From Camelus dromedarius (Eukaryota), in the NCBI RefSeq assembly GCF_036321535.1, contig NC_087437.1, positions 20,400,001 through 20,464,000 of the forward strand: a DNA stretch of 64,000 bases. Direction: 5' to 3'. Every line of letters starts with the position of its first letter. Position 1 is the first letter of the stretch. The position numbers and the translations under genes were made by a program. Shown piece after piece: positions 1 to 13,073 of the stretch. The notes beneath the pieces were generated by a model that saw only the letters and a list, made by a program, of their open reading frames with translations, searched no databases and had not been told where the DNA came from.

Positions 1-241
1 AAATTATGATAGATGTAGAAGGTCTTAGAAAAATTCAATTTCCACACATCTATCAAGGGCCATTATGATCCTCATTTCAATTTTTTATTTTTAATCTACT
101 TTGATTAGCGTGACTTTGAGGTCAACAATGGGCCCATCTCAAATCCAGCTACAGCAGTCTCTAAAGCATTATCTGTCCCTTAGATCAAGTTCAATTAGAG
201 ACCCAAGGTAATTCCTTCAGCAAGGGAACAGAGAGATGTGA

Positions 242-592
242 TGTATCAGTCATGACATGCCAGGTTGTGATCTAGTAACCAACAACTCCAAAAATCAATG
301 GCTTAAGAAAAGTGTTTATCTCCCTCCCTGCACACAGGTGGGCTGGGCTTTGCTGCTCTGAGCCCCAGGCTGACAGAGCTTGCGCCACCTGCAGCCTTGC
401 CAGCCCAGCGACAAAGGGAGGGAGCACGGCTTCCACTCAAATTGAGATACGTCAACTCCACTCTCATTCTACTCACCAGTTCATATCATATGGCCACACC
501 TGACCTCAAAGGGGCAGCTGTGTGCAACTTTGACCTTGCCATGCCCAGGAGAAGGAAAATCAGTATTGGAGAACTGCATTCCTAATGACCAA
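242..592 (-). mobile_element. ERVL-MaLR solo LTR, old MLT1 (J/K-like)
   Basis: Begins tgtatcagtca...gtaaccaacaactccaaaaatcaatggcttaag, the typical reverse-strand MLT1 3' end. Subfamily from recall. Confidence 0.55.
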
Positions 593-999
593 ACTTGGAC
601 TGGATTTTCCCAAGATTCTGCTCAAGGATGCTTTCAGAGCCCCTTCTCAATGCAAAGCACCTGTATGAAGATGCAGAGAGAAAACGCCTGCTGTTATGCT
701 GTATTCTCCTGCTCTAATATGCTGCATTTTTGTTGCCAAGTTTTTCTTTGCTATTTCTTGCAAGTTATTTCCCAGGGGAGTGACAGCGGTTGAAATCCTG
801 ACCTTCCCTGGAGACACATGGAGAACAAAATGTTCCCCATGGGTGGGGGGAGGTGGGGGGAGTTCACAATAGTATCCATCTGCCAGCTCCATAGAACCCA
901 CGGAGATGCCACATGCAGCCCACACTAATGAGTCTCCTCCCAGAGGGTCATGTTGTGGACCCAGACTGTGGTGTGTTAACCAAAGTCAGCAGAGTGGAG

Positions 1000-1200
1000 A
1001 GAGCAGTGCAGTTGGAATCATGATACCTGGGCTCAAAACTGCCACTTTCTAGCATGTGACTGTGGACAATTTACTCAACTTCTTTGAGCCTCAGTTTTCC
1101 CAGCTGCAAAATGACAACTGTTAACAGTACTTACATTTTGGAGCTGTTTTGAGAAACAAACAAGATAATACGTATAGAACACTTAGAATAGTGCCTGGAA
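1000..1200 (+). mobile_element. MIR SINE
   Basis: Core tgtgactgtggacaatttactcaacttctttgagcctcagttttcccagctgcaaaatg, followed by cacttagaatagtgcctgg. Confidence 0.75.
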
Positions 1201-2169
1201 CTTTCAAAACTGCTATTCTGGCTACTGCTGGTGGTGTTATTTGGCCCAGCTCCGCAAACCTATGACTGGTGTTGAAGTCACAGGCTCTTCACTGATGGTC
1301 ACACTCATATAGCCAGGCCCTTGTAGTCCTGTAGGAGGACATGGCCAGTAAATGCTGTGAAGGTGCAGTGAAGAAGAGATGTGAAAAGCAGTGATCCCTT
1401 ACATTTAATTATTATGGGATGAAACAGTTTTGTTCATGGAACAAGGAGATAGGTATCCTTCTTATCCCAAAATATCTCCCCTACCAATCTGCCAAGATGC
1501 CTGATATTTATCATTAGAAATTCATTCCTTTGGCTTAATCATTGACTTGTGTAAGTGCCTTATAAACACTGATTAAGTAAATGAGGGACAGAAGGAAAGG
1601 GTTTAACAGGAGTAACCAAAGCATTTCTAACATATATTTTGGTGAAAAGGGCTAGGGAAAGTCTCCTGTCCAGTAATCTCCCAGTCACCCAACAAGAGTA
1701 ACTAAAATTCCACCTTGTGTGATGACATTAAATATTCTTATTAAAATGATTTTTCCCTCTGTGTCACTGAAATGGTTTCTGAACCAGTATTCTTGTCTCC
1801 AATCAGCCTCCTGTAATCCAGCCTCTGAATTATAGCCAGGGCAATATTTCTACAATAGATGTGATCAAGTCATATACTAGTTTTAATGCCATTTGCTTCA
1901 AGGTAGATTTTGGTTCCTTGGTGTGGCATGGGAAGTCTCCCTTCATCATACTCTTGGCTCATTAGCTTCACCTATTACTTCTACCTCCAGCGCCCTCGTC
2001 ACCAACCAACATTCTAATTCACATGCACAAATTGGCTGGGCAGGAAATACCACATTCTTTATCTGTCACCTTTCCAGGAGCTGTCCCCTTTGCCTCCATC
2101 ACATTTAATGGAAATCATGGTCTGGGTGGATCTTTCCTCCCTCGGAATTATCATGTGATTCTCGTGAAA

Positions 2170-2586
2170 ACAATGATTGCAAGACTCAGTCCTTCCAGAC
2201 AAGAATGAGCGTGTGACTCAGGCTCAGCCAATCAGAGAACAGCTTTCCCTTGGAATTAAGATTGGTCCTGGTATAGCCAAGTTATCCAAATAAGGCAAAT
2301 CAGAGCCTTCCCTTGTGATTTTATTAAGTGAAGAGGAAGAGGAGTGAGTCTTATTATCTCTTTGGCCAGGAAGCTAGAGGAATGTTCACCAGGGGCTGCC
2401 AGAAGCTATCCTTTCCTCCTGCCTCTAGAGATCTGTCAGCTGGCGGGGCTAAAGTAGAAAAGGAAAAAAGAAAAGAGAGAGAGAGAGAAGGAAGGAAGAA
2501 AGGAAGGAAGGAAGGAAGGAGGGAGGGAAAGGGAAAAGGAAAGAATGGCAAACCTCATTTTCATCCCTGGATCCAGTTGGACCTAG
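2170..2586 (+). mobile_element. Old MLT1 (J/K-like) LTR, 5' part, interrupted by an MLT1F-like LTR
   Basis: gtgactcaggctcagccaatcagag and cctggatccag motifs. Appears to resume at about 3678. Confidence 0.45.
2456..2545. repeat. Purine-rich (GA)n/(GGAA)n simple repeat
   Basis: Directly visible: gagagagagaaggaaggaagaaaggaaggaagg. Confidence 0.9.
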
Positions 2587-3677
2587 TGTGGTGAGTTTAA
2601 AATATGTCTGGATAAAGAAGTTGTGGTATATTTATACAATGGAATACTACTCAGCCATAAAAAAGAATAAAATGATGCCATTTGCAGCAATGGATGGACC
2701 TAGAGATCATCATTTTAAGTGAAGTAAGCCAGAAAGAGAAATAAAAATACCATATGATATCACTCATATGTGGAATCTAAAGAAAAAGGAAAAAAAAGGA
2801 CACCATGAACTCAGCTACAAAACAGATACAGACTTGCAGACATAGTAAACAATCTTATGGTTACTGGGGAAAAGGGGTGGGAAGGGATAAATTTGGGAGT
2901 TTGAAATTTACAAATGTTAGCCACTATATATAAAAACAGATTTTTAAAAAGTTTCTGCTGTATAGCGCAGGGAAATATGTTCAATATCTTATAATAACCT
3001 TTAATGAAAAAAATGTGAAAACGAATATATGTATGTATATGCGTGACTGGGACATTGTGCTGTACACCAGAAACTGACACATTGTAACTGATGGTACTTC
3101 AATTAAAAAAAAAAAGGAAAAGCATTAAAAAATAATAATAAAACAAAATACGTGCACAAATGATTTGACAGTCCTCCCAGGGATGGGAGCCTAACTGGGG
3201 AATTGTGGATGGGTTGGATTTAGTGAGTCATTTCTAATAAATAGAACGCGGTAGAAATTAGAGTGAGATTTTTGAGGGTAGGTCGTAAAGGCACTGTGGC
3301 TTCTGTCTTGCTCTCTTTTAGATCATTTGCTTTGGTAGAAGCCAGCTGCCACATCAGAGGACATTCAAGCAGCCCTAAAGAAAGACCCATGTGGTCAGGA
3401 ACTAAGGCCTCTTGCCAATAGCCAGAGAGGAACTGACAACCCTTGCCAATAGCCATGCAAGTGAGCCACTGCAGAAGTGGAACTTTCAGCCCTGGCAAGA
3501 CTCTGGATGCCCCAGCCAATGTCTTTTCTGCAACCGCATGAGACACCTGAAGCCAGGACCACCCACCTAAGCCCCTACTAAAATCCTGACCGTCACAAAC
3601 TGTGAGATAATAAATGTTTGTTGTTTCAAGTCACTAAGTGTTGGGGAAATTTGTTTCTCAACATTAGGTAACTAACA
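2587..3677 (+). mobile_element. MLT1F-like solo LTR, interrupted by L1 at 2608-3144
   Basis: TG start at 2587 and CA end at 3677. Internal gaagccagctgccacatc, aggaactaaggcctc and actgtgagataataaatgtttgttgtttcaag. Confidence 0.8.
2608..3144 (+). mobile_element. L1 3' end (ORF2 C-terminus, 3' UTR, A tail), camelid-type
   Basis: ctggataaagaagttgtggtatatttatacaatggaatactactcagcc encodes WIKKLWYIYTMEYYSA. A-rich tail. TSD aaaata(t/c)gt at 2599-2607 and 3145-3153. Confidence 0.92.
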
Positions 3678-3770
3678 CCCGAAGCATCCCCAGGTCCACC
3701 CTTGGATAGCCCACATTTTTTCTGTAGTTAAGTTGGGTTTCTATCTTTATACCTGAAACTTCCATTAGTA
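3678..3770 (+). mobile_element. Old MLT1 (J/K-like) LTR, 3' part
   Basis: ttaagttgggtttctatc resembles the MLT1J-type terminus and continues 2170-2586. Confidence 0.4.
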
Positions 3771-3794
3771 GAATATCACCTTTCCTTTGCTCTC

Positions 3795-4012
3795 CCAGCT
3801 TCTTCACCTAGCTAAGTTCCTCTTAGCTTTCAGATTCTTACCGGGTATCACCTCCTCTGGGAAACCCAGTCTGTCCTCCTTCCTAGACTCCACCCTTCCT
3901 TTCCTGAGCCCTCCATGTTTCCTTCCACTCCAGGCAGCCACTGTCATCTTTGTGGTCTCCCCAACCAGGCTCTGGGCTCCTGAGGGCAGGAACCATGTCT
4001 TTTCACCACTGA
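3795..4012 (+). mobile_element. L2 3' fragment
   Basis: tcacctcctctgggaaaccc...gggctcctgagggcaggaaccatgtc. Confidence 0.65.
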
Positions 4013-4106
4013 CCACTACCTCCTCATTACCAAGAAGAGTTTTTACACATCACCCTCAGTCAATGCAGAAGGCATGGTTGGTGCCCACTGGGAGCCCTCT
4101 GCTGCC

Positions 4107-4212
4107 AGGGAGAGTGTATCACAGTGCCAGACTGCCCAGGACCTCCGAGGTTTTAGCCCTGAAATTCCTGCATCCTGGGAACCCTTCAGTCCTGGGCAAA
4201 GTGAGGTCACCG
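4107..4212. mobile_element. hAT-Blackjack MITE (MER81/MER94-like)
   Basis: ggttttagccctgaaattcctgcatcctgggaacccttcagtcctgggcaaa...ggtcacc. Confidence 0.55.
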
Positions 4213-4229
4213 TCCAGTGTCAGTCACAC

Positions 4230-4640
4230 CGGCGTCCAGCTCCTGCTGCAAGAACTGGCTGGCATCAAGAGCCTACTACACACATGACCATCCCCAGAGA
4301 GTGGCCTTGGGATGGCAGGAGTGCCTCACCCCGGGACACTAGGAGGTGGTGCTACCACCCTCAGGGGGCAGTGACCAGCTGACACAAGGATGCAAGAGCT
4401 CAGCCCCCTTTTCTCAAGGAGGGCAACTCTGCAGTGCTCTTTAGGCTTCAGAGTCCCCTCAGTGGTTCAGGCCAAGGCAAGACTACACCTGAGAGCACAT
4501 CCTGGCTCAGCCCTTTCCCCAGACTGTGCTGCTTCCCCCACTTGCAGCTGTGATTCTCCTGAGAGCATCCCGTCACTGCCTCACATGTGCCCAGATCCCT
4601 GCATCAGGCTCTGCTTCAAGGGAACCGCAACTGAGATGGG
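4230..4640 (+). mobile_element. ERVL-class solo LTR (LTR16/LTR33-like)
   Basis: 3' terminus atccctgcatcaggctctgcttcaagggaaccgcaactgaga. Confidence 0.5.
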
Positions 4641-5629
4641 AAAGAGTTGCTGAGTGAATGAATGAAGAGAATCTTAGTCACTTAACATCTCTGAGCCTCA
4701 ATTTCCAGCCCCATAAACAGAGATAATAATACCTTACAGAGCTGTCATGAGAATTAAAGGAAGCGATGTTCACATTCACAGCACCTGGACCATGCCTTCC
4801 CCATGAGGCGTCGTTCCACAGCGACTCTCAGCTCCCCTACCCACATGGCAGCCCACAGCACAGGGCAGCCACCGCCCCTGCCCCTGGGGGAGCCAGGCCC
4901 TTCGCTCTGCCCACAGTGACCCGCAGCTTTCCCGAGTCTGACCCAGCCCATAGGCCTGACTGCAGAGAAGGAGGTTGGGCCATAATTTAAGGGAGATGCC
5001 GTCTCCACAGAAAGCTGGGCAGGTGGACGAGGAGTGATCAGCAGGCCATCTGATAGTAGGTTTAGTCTGAAAGCTGTTTGGGCTGAAACACATTTTATCA
5101 GTTTTTTTCAAGATAAAGCAGGCACACCGAGAGCCCGCTAGCAGGGAAATGTAAATCTCTATCTTGGGGAGAGGAAGTGTCCAGACATTTCCCGCTTTAA
5201 ACTTCTCCAAGTTCATTTCCCTTGTCGGTGAAGTGGCCCAGACTCGGCATGGGATCCCGGTGACAGCAGTGGGCCGCATGTGAAGGCGGTGGACGGAGCC
5301 TCCACAGTGAGGCAGGAGTCCCGGCCCCCAGCCAACTGCCCCAAGGGCACCTGCCCCTGTGTGGACCTGGGTCTGCCTTGCTGGGAAACTCGGGGTTCTG
5401 GGGAGAATGACAGCTTGCACTAGGTTGGAAGTTTAGCAGAGGGAGGGCCCTTGACCTGGCTCTGGGACCACAGGCCTCTGAAGCGATGGACAGCAGGCCT
5501 TGGTTATGGCCCTTCAGGGGAAACTGCCCCTCCTTCACCACCCAGACGTGCATGGTAGGTCTCTGGTGTTAAAGGGCAGATCGTGGAATAGGGGAAGAAC
5601 TATCCCCAGAAGGATGCTCCAAGTCTCAG

Positions 5630-5800
5630 CTTAAAAAGACTTGGCTTTGGATTCTGGCAGAAATGTACCCAAAGCCTGACCCTGCTCTCATTGGCTCTGT
5701 GAACTTGGGTGAAGTCACATCTCCACATCTCTGAGCCTCTGTTTATTCACCTAGAAAATGGGTGAGATCACATCTGCTTCACAGGGCTATGAGGAAAACG
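5630..5800 (+). mobile_element. MIR SINE
   Basis: gctctgtgaacttgggtgaagtcac...tctctgagcctctgtttattcacctagaaaatggg. Confidence 0.65.
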
Positions 5801-6139
5801 GGCTAACACCACAGCTGGACAGCATTGGTCTCACTACAGGGACTCGTGACGCAGAAGGTGCTGCCTCCTTGAGCCTGAGAACTGAACCAGGCCACCTGGG
5901 CCACATTCTGACCCCCAAACTTGACCCCCAACTTGAATCCACAGGCTGTCCTCTCCGCCTGTCCCCTTCCCTCCCCCACATGGCCAAGGCTTCAGGCTAT
6001 GCTGCACCCTAAACCCAGTAAAACTCGGAGTAAGATGGACCTTGCATGCTAAAAGAATTCCAGATAGTTTAATATCTAACCCAGAGAAACAAATCAGCCA
6101 CGATCGAATTTCCACACAATGATCAGTGTTAGAGCTTGA

Positions 6140-6636
6140 TGGTTTCCGTTATTTATTCCTGCTTAACAAACCAGTGCAAAACATAGTGCTTAAAACAAAA
6201 CCAAATCAAACCCATTCATTCATTCATTCATTCATTCATTCTCTTGGTTGGATGAGTTGATGAAATGCCTCTCACTTGGGGTCCCCAGGCAGAGGCCAGG
6301 GTGGGAGCCATCTGCAGGCTCGCATGGCTGGCGATTGATGCGGGTCATCACCTAGGAGTGCCGCCAGGGCTGTCAACCCGAACTCCTACCCACACCCCCT
6401 CCACAGAATGAGGGCAGCTGGGTTCTGAGAAGCCACACCCCAAAAGCAAGGCTTCTAGGAGACCCAGGGGAAGCAGCAAAATTTCAGCTTCTAGTAACCT
6501 AGCCTTGGAAATCACACAGCAGCACCTCCACTGCATTCTGCTGGCCAAGAGCTAGTCCCAAGCCAGCCCAGAGGCAAGACGTGGCTTGCCAGGAAGCCTG
6601 GCTTACCAGGTGCCATCTTTGGGACCAGTTACCACA
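6140..6636 (-). mobile_element. MLT1 (G/H-like) solo LTR with internal (CATT)n
   Basis: ctgcttaacaaaccagtgcaaaacatagtgcttaaaacaa; agccttggaaatcacacagcagcacctccactgcattctg; ends gccatctttgggaccagttaccaca. Confidence 0.6.
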
Positions 6637-6669
6637 GAAATAAATGCGAATTAAGAATGGAAGAGGAAG

Positions 6670-6880
6670 ATCAGTATTTATCAAGTGCCTGCTCTGTGCC
6701 AGGCCTTTCAAAAGTACCACCCTATACAGTCCTCACAACAACCCTACAGGGGTGTTCTTGCCCGCATTTTTAAGAAAAGGTAACTGAGGTTCAGAGAGAT
6801 TATGTGTTTTCCCAAGGTCATAAAACCACAAAGTGGCCAGGCCAGAGCGTGAACCCAGGAATGTGGGCTTCCGAGCCCGT
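6670..6880 (-). mobile_element. MIR SINE
   Basis: gtatttatcaagtgcctgctctgtgccagg...cctcacaacaaccct...aactgaggttcagagag...cccaaggtca. Confidence 0.75.
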
Positions 6881-6969
6881 GGCCCTCCTCACATCAGGAT
6901 GAACTGCGGGGATGCCCCCAGGCAACCGTTTCCTGGATATTCTGCATTGAGAAGCTGAGGGTTTGGTGC

Positions 6970-7156
6970 GGGAGGGTAGAGCTCAGTGGTAGAGCACATG
7001 CTTAGCACACACAAGGTCCTGGGTTCAATCTCCAGTAACTCCATTAAGAAAAAAATTTTTTTTTAATTTAAAAAAACACTTACAAATTTTTTAGAAAGAA
7101 AGAAAGAAAAAAAAACAAATGAAAGAAGGAAAGAAAGAAAGAAACAAACAAACAAA
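6970..7156 (+). mobile_element. tRNA-derived SINE (camelid vic-1-like)
   Basis: gggagggtagagctcagtggtagagc (A box) and gggttcaatctcc (B box), with A-rich/(GAAA)n tail. Confidence 0.9.
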
Positions 7157-8864
7157 GGACTTCACATGCTGATAATTCCCCTCTCCTTTCCACTTGGTCG
7201 AGTTACCCTCTCACTGCAAAGGGAAATGGCTTCCGGCTCCATCCAGTAAAGCCCCCAGCTCTGCCCACGGAGACAGTGAGGCCCACCACCACTGAGGCCC
7301 GGCTCGCCTGCCCCTCTGCTGCTGCATTAGCTCAGACCTCAGGGTCTGCCAGGAGCAGAGGCAGCCCTGCTCTGGGTCCTTCTTTCCTCTCCAACATCCC
7401 TCCTCCCACTGCTGTTCTGAGCCCCCATTTCTCCATGGGTCTCCCAGCCTGCTGCGCCGACTGGCTTCGCTAAGGTTCCCTGACTTTTATAGATATGAGC
7501 CAGAGCTGGGTCATTAAACCTGAATCTTCTGAAATCCCAGAGATTCATAGTCCAATCTAATGCCTGCAGCGGGTGAGGGGCGAAGTACACGTGATCCGGC
7601 ACCTCAGATTCAGAACCTGTAACTGGGACTTTGAGGCCACCCCCTGGGGTGAACTGCAAGGGACCCCATAACTCTTTGCCAAGTACTCCCACATAACCAG
7701 GTGTGAGTCACAGCCTGCAGAGGAGGTAAGAGAAAAGTGAAAAGCTCTGCCACCAAATCTTTCAGAGTTCAGCCATCCTGGCACGTGAATACCAGCTGAT
7801 CGGCGCATAAAGGAATGAGTGTGAATGAACCGCATGTAGCACAACAGCAGATTTATGGGCATATATGCAACATCCCCACAAGACAGTATGGTAGGGACAA
7901 AACTAGTCTATTCATCTCAACCAAGCACCTATTTTATGCCTCCACCATCAGGACGATCTCACCCACTTAACCATCTGGAGTGGAAGAAAGGCAGTGTGGC
8001 CCGAAGCTGAGGGAGTAGGCTCAGCTCCGCCCAGGTGAGCTTCTCTGTGGGCCACCGAGAGAGGGAGCCCACTGTCCCTGGACACAGGACAGACGGGGAA
8101 GCACACCTACAGGCTGAAGGCATGGAGACCTGCCCCTAGTAACACGGCCCCATTGGACCCAGGTGCTAAGCAATCAGATTCACAGAGGAAATCAAAGCAG
8201 GATGGACAGCAGGTTTGAGATGTCCCCCCTCAGCTCCTCCCTAATAAACAAAGGCTGAAATGTGAGGGGAGGGCCAGAGCTTTCCCCACCTCCTCTGCAC
8301 GGAAGTGAAGCCACACCGGGAAGTGCCACAATGCCAGGGACTGTTCACGAAGGCAGCCCTCCTCGGATGGAGACCGTGGGGCACGTGCCCGGCTGGAGGG
8401 CGGCCTGCAGGTGTGAAGCCATCAGCATCCTCGAGCAGTGTCCCCCTTCTGGGTTTGGGTCCACGTCCCTGGAGTCCATGGGAAGGCCCCATGGAGAAGA
8501 AAGAAGACATCCTCCCATGGGCTTATTTACAATCCCAGTTCCAGGAATCACTCTGTTCTTCCCAAATTAGGGCACTGATGCCCTTGCCTCTTGCCCTGGG
8601 GGGTAGGATCTTTCTTCCAAGAGCACAGACCATCTTCCTACTATCCCTATTTTAGCTGTTTTAGCTCAATTTCCTTATCTGTTTGATGAGGGGTTAAGCT
8701 AAATCAAGGTTCCTCCCAAGTCTTAAATCCATGATTTCTATGTCAGAGTGATGGAGTGAAATGAAAATGGATTCACCCATAGGGAATTACCTATAATTTC
8801 TTCATTAGCATCATTCTCCGCCGCTTTCAATCCCAGGAGTCATTATGCTTTCACCGGCACTGTT

Positions 8865-9045
8865 TCAATCCTGCTCTGCCACTGCGTCACCTTGGGCAAG
8901 TTACTTAAGGCTCTGGGTCTCTGTCTCCTCATATGAAAATGGGGTTGACGGTGGCTGACTCACAATGTCATCACAAAGATCAAATGAGATCATGTCTGCA
9001 AAGCATGTCGGAAAGTACTCAGGAGATGCTCAGCAAATGTTAATT
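8865..9045 (+). mobile_element. MIR SINE
   Basis: ttcaatcctgctctgccactgcgtcaccttgggcaagttacttaa...aaatgagatcatg. Confidence 0.75.
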
Positions 9046-9821
9046 CTCTTCTGGTTCTTTCAACATTCCCTGCTTGGAAAGAAATCCCCACAGGAAAATT
9101 CCTGACCTTACCAGCCCTACCCAGCCCCTTTGCTATGGGAGTAAGGGTTCTTCTGTTCCATCCATGTCCTTCCCGGGCAGGCAGTGGTGGGCCCCAGTCG
9201 GCTCACCTCAGCCTGCAAGCCGCTTCACACCACCGGCATCATCCTCTCCCGGCTCTGCGTTCGGGGACCTCACGTTGGCCATCTGAAATTGGCCGCAGTG
9301 GAGGGTCTTCACACTCGAGCAATCGGCAATGCTAACCATGAAAGGTCCCATCGTGGGGCCTGTCTATCTGCCTACCCTGCTGGCAGCCTACACTTCTGCA
9401 TCACCCTACCTACCCAGGTCTGCCCAGGGCCCAGGCAGGGGGCTGGACATTGTGGGGAATTTGGGACCTAAGGCATCGCTGCTCTCCACACTACAAAGTT
9501 TTCTCAACAGGTTCCACGGGGCCACCACTGATTCTCCAACAAGAGGAAATGCCAGCAAAAAGAACAAGTACCCAGAGGCCAGCCAACCTTTTATCAGATG
9601 AACCCAGCTGAAAAGCAAATACCAAAAAACTTGGCCAGGACAGGATGATAGGGACTGTTTCTGAAATAAAACCACTTTGTTGTTTAAATGTACAAAATCG
9701 ACAGGTTCTTTTCTCCCCATGAATGGGGAAGAAAATTTTCTAAAGAAAATTTAAAAACAGATAACTCATCTGTAAGGAAAAGCAAAAAAAAAAAAAAAAA
9801 TTAAAGGCAATAGGTTGCTCA

Positions 9822-9965
9822 TCATACTAATACACTTATACAGCCCTCACAGCTCACTGGGCCCTGTTCTAAACACGTTACAAACGTCAACTCATTAGAT
9901 CTTCACAGGAATCCTATGAGATGTGCACGAGCCTTAGCCCATTTCATAGATGAAGAAACTGAGGG
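9822..9965 (-). mobile_element. MIR SINE
   Basis: cttcacaggaatcctatgag...cccatttcatagatgaagaaactgagg. Confidence 0.7.
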
Positions 9966-11059
9966 AAAGAGAAATTCTGTGCTATCCAGATCTACAATCT
10001 TTGACAAGGTCCTGGAGAGGCGTTCGTTGAAGCGTTTGCTGAGGCAGGCAGAGGTGGGGTGAGAAGGGGGTCCCCTGGTTAGTTCACAGCCTCCCCAAAT
10101 CATTCCTTCTCTCTAACCATCTTCTCTGCCTGGACCACACATCCTCCTCTTCCATATGACAGGCCTTCTCCTCTTTGCTTTACATTCTCATCAGCTGTGG
10201 CACAAGGATGTTTGCTTTGCCTTTCTTGACTTTCTTTTCTTTCTACCTCCTCTTCTCCTGCAGAAGAGATTGATACCATGACAGCTAGGAAATGCTGTTG
10301 ATGCTAGAAAAAGAGATTTGCTTGTCTGGTGGGGGGCCCCTGGAGGACTCCGAAAGCTCTAAGTTCCCCGCTGGGCTGCACAAGATTTCAAGGTTGACCG
10401 GCAGGCTCTCCAGGAGGGTGTGACCCTAGAGGAGATGGCAGAAAGAAAGGGAAGACGGAGGCAGGAGCGCCCCTGAACACCCTCCCTGAGGTGGCCCTAT
10501 GGGAACACCAGGGACTCTGAGCACAGTGCGGGGAACCTTTTGCATCAATGCCCCAAAATCTGAGTACAGATTTCATCAGCCAAGACAATGACACGCAGAT
10601 GTCATGGCATAACTCAGAAGTAACGAACTCAACCTGCACAGAGGGCTGGAAAGTGAAATGTGAAAATCAAGAACATATTCAAGTATTATTTATGTAAAAG
10701 GGAAAAAAATTACAGGGAATCAAGGAATAAATAAAGAACATAAAATTTTAGTAAGTCAGCCATTGATTTTTACATGAATAGGGAAATTAATCTAAAAGTA
10801 TAAGAAAATGGAAAAATCAATATTCAATGATCAAGACCAAAAGCTATATTTTAAATACTGAGCCATAAGTCAGGAAAAATAGACATGAATACCCTCATTT
10901 AGGCTTTTACTTGATGACTAGGCTATTTTCACGAAATTAGGAGTGTCACTTCAGAGTCAAATTTCAGAACAATTATATATCAAAAAATTGTACTGAGACG
11001 ATTCCATAAAGAAAGTATATCTGTTTACTCCTTTTCACCTTGGTTTAACATTAGCAAAC

Positions 11060-11600
11060 ACAGTATTCCCTTCTTTGAAAAAAATTAAGTCCCTCTTTAA
11101 TCTTGCCCTGGTTCCCGGGGAGATGGGTGACATTCCAGACCCATTTCTTCATCCACACGCACGTGCTGCTTTCTACACAACCGGAAGCCTGCTGTACCTA
11201 GCATCCTCAGACTCGGAAAACCTCCCCGTCACACACACAGACTGACAGAAGTCTCGTTTGCCATTACACTGTGTTCATAATATAATCATCCCCTACTGAA
11301 GGATGTCAGATGATTTCCAATTTTCAACCAACACAAACTAATGCAGTGAAACTTGGACATGTTTGTGCTCGGTTAAGTGTTGCTGGAGGACAGACTCCCC
11401 AAAACGGAATTGCTGGGTCAGAAGGTGTGATACGGTAGATTCTGCCGATTTCTGTCCAATAATGAAGGAGCCACTAGTCTCCCGCTAACGATGAATGTGA
11501 ATTATTGAATTTACACAATAATTTGAGGACAACCTCCATCCCTAAAAGATCGTCTCCTCCCATCTAGAAACATGGTCTGTCTGTTTTCTCAAACCTTCTT
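11060..11600 (-). mobile_element. Ancient L1 (L1ME-like) 3' region
   Basis: gatttccaattttcaacc...aatgcagtgaaac...ggaattgctgggtcagaagg, reverse-strand L1ME motifs. Confidence 0.5.
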
Positions 11601-12329
11601 TCCTGTAACCTCTTTCAAAGTAACATAAGCACGCAGACTGAACTTCCTGCTACTTTTAATGGTTTCTCCATTGCTTTGACTGCATTTTATATTAAGATAC
11701 TCAAGTTCTATCATCTTTTTCTATATGATCATTTCAAATATTTACCTTCACATAGCCTTCCCTAGGAAGCCTTCACTTACCCCTCACTCTGCTTCCTTAA
11801 ACAGAGACTGCACTCAGAACATGCACAGGCATCACCTCTGTACCAACATCCTCCCACTTGAAACTAAGCTTCTTATCAGCACCATTTTAAGTACGTAAAA
11901 CGTGCCAGGGACTATGCTAAGCAGTTTACCATCGAGTGATGCCCCAGGTTCACAGCTAACCACTGAGGGGCTGAAATTTTAACCCCCCTCAGTTGTCACC
12001 AGCCAGCACCACCCCCTCAGCTGTGGTATCTTCTTAAGGAGAGGAACTCATGTTGTATTCATCTCATCTTTTTTCTAGCACAGGGCATGACGCATCACAG
12101 ATTCTTGCTCAGTGTCACCCACTTGATACGTCAATTAGCTCAGAAAGGTTCTAAACATTTCCCTGGACAAAACCCAGCTGGTCTCTACTTGTGGTCTCTC
12201 ATGTATGGCAGATGATTTTAATAACAACACAGAATTGAGGTTTCAACATCAACACAGAAGAACATTCTGGGAGGAAGAAATGTCACCCACGTCTTGAGCT
12301 TCACCTCCCATCCTCTCTGCCTGCCCATT

Positions 12330-12761
12330 TACTGCCCCCATGACGGCAGCCACCAGCTGCCAGCACCTGCCTCCCCAGCTGTGCGTCTCCCTCTCCTGCC
12401 CCCAGACTTGCTGCCCCTGCCTGGGAACCATGCATGGCCACGTGGTCAGCCCCTCCGCAGCGTTAGCCAGGTGAGAGGGCAAAGGCTGTTGATACCGACA
12501 ATGAATCCCTCTCCCACCCTTGATGGACCAGCCCCAGGAGCATCCTGCACCCTTCACTGAGGGTCCCAGCAGGCTTGAGCCCGCTGCGCACAGCAGTGAT
12601 CAGCTTGATGACACGCCCTTGGATTGGCGTTCCTACCTTCTCTGTTTCACTTCTCCCAGTTCCCCACTCCTGTTCCCTGGAATCACCTGCCAGAATAAGC
12701 TCCCTGCACCAAACCCTTATCTTGGGCTCTGCTTTCTGAGGCTCCCTGGTCCAAGCTAACA
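12330..12761 (+). mobile_element. ERVL-class solo LTR (LTR16/LTR33-like)
   Basis: 3' terminus cagaataagctccctgcaccaaacccttatcttgggctctgctttctg...aagctaaca. Confidence 0.6.
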
Positions 12762-13073
12762 GAGGACCAGGGACCCACACCAGCTCACACAGGCACAGCA
12801 CACACGTGCTCACTCGCACCCTCTCAGTCACATCTGCACCTATACGCTACACACACTAGTTTGGATCCTTTAGGGCTTGGTTTTTGTGTCTGCATAAAGG
12901 AACTCAACTGTAGTCAAGGAAAATGAAGCACTTGCCCTTTTCAGCCTCATCAGAGCCTGATTTTAGATGCCATTATTTCTTATGCTACAGTAGATTGCAT
13001 CACTAAGGGTCCAGATCCACTTACCTAATGTCAGCAAAGCCCATGCCACGCTCATCTAAGAACAATCTTTCTT

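Noticed and set aside
4776..5420. Longest ORF in the track (214 aa, - strand)
   Set aside because: Non-ATG start, no recognisable domain and no exon structure. ORFs of this size are expected by chance in GC-rich mammalian DNA.
6970..7045. tRNA-like sequences (also at 35714, 42064, 49742)
   Set aside because: They have A/B boxes but are diverged, have A-rich tails, and three have TSDs. They are SINEs, not tRNA genes.
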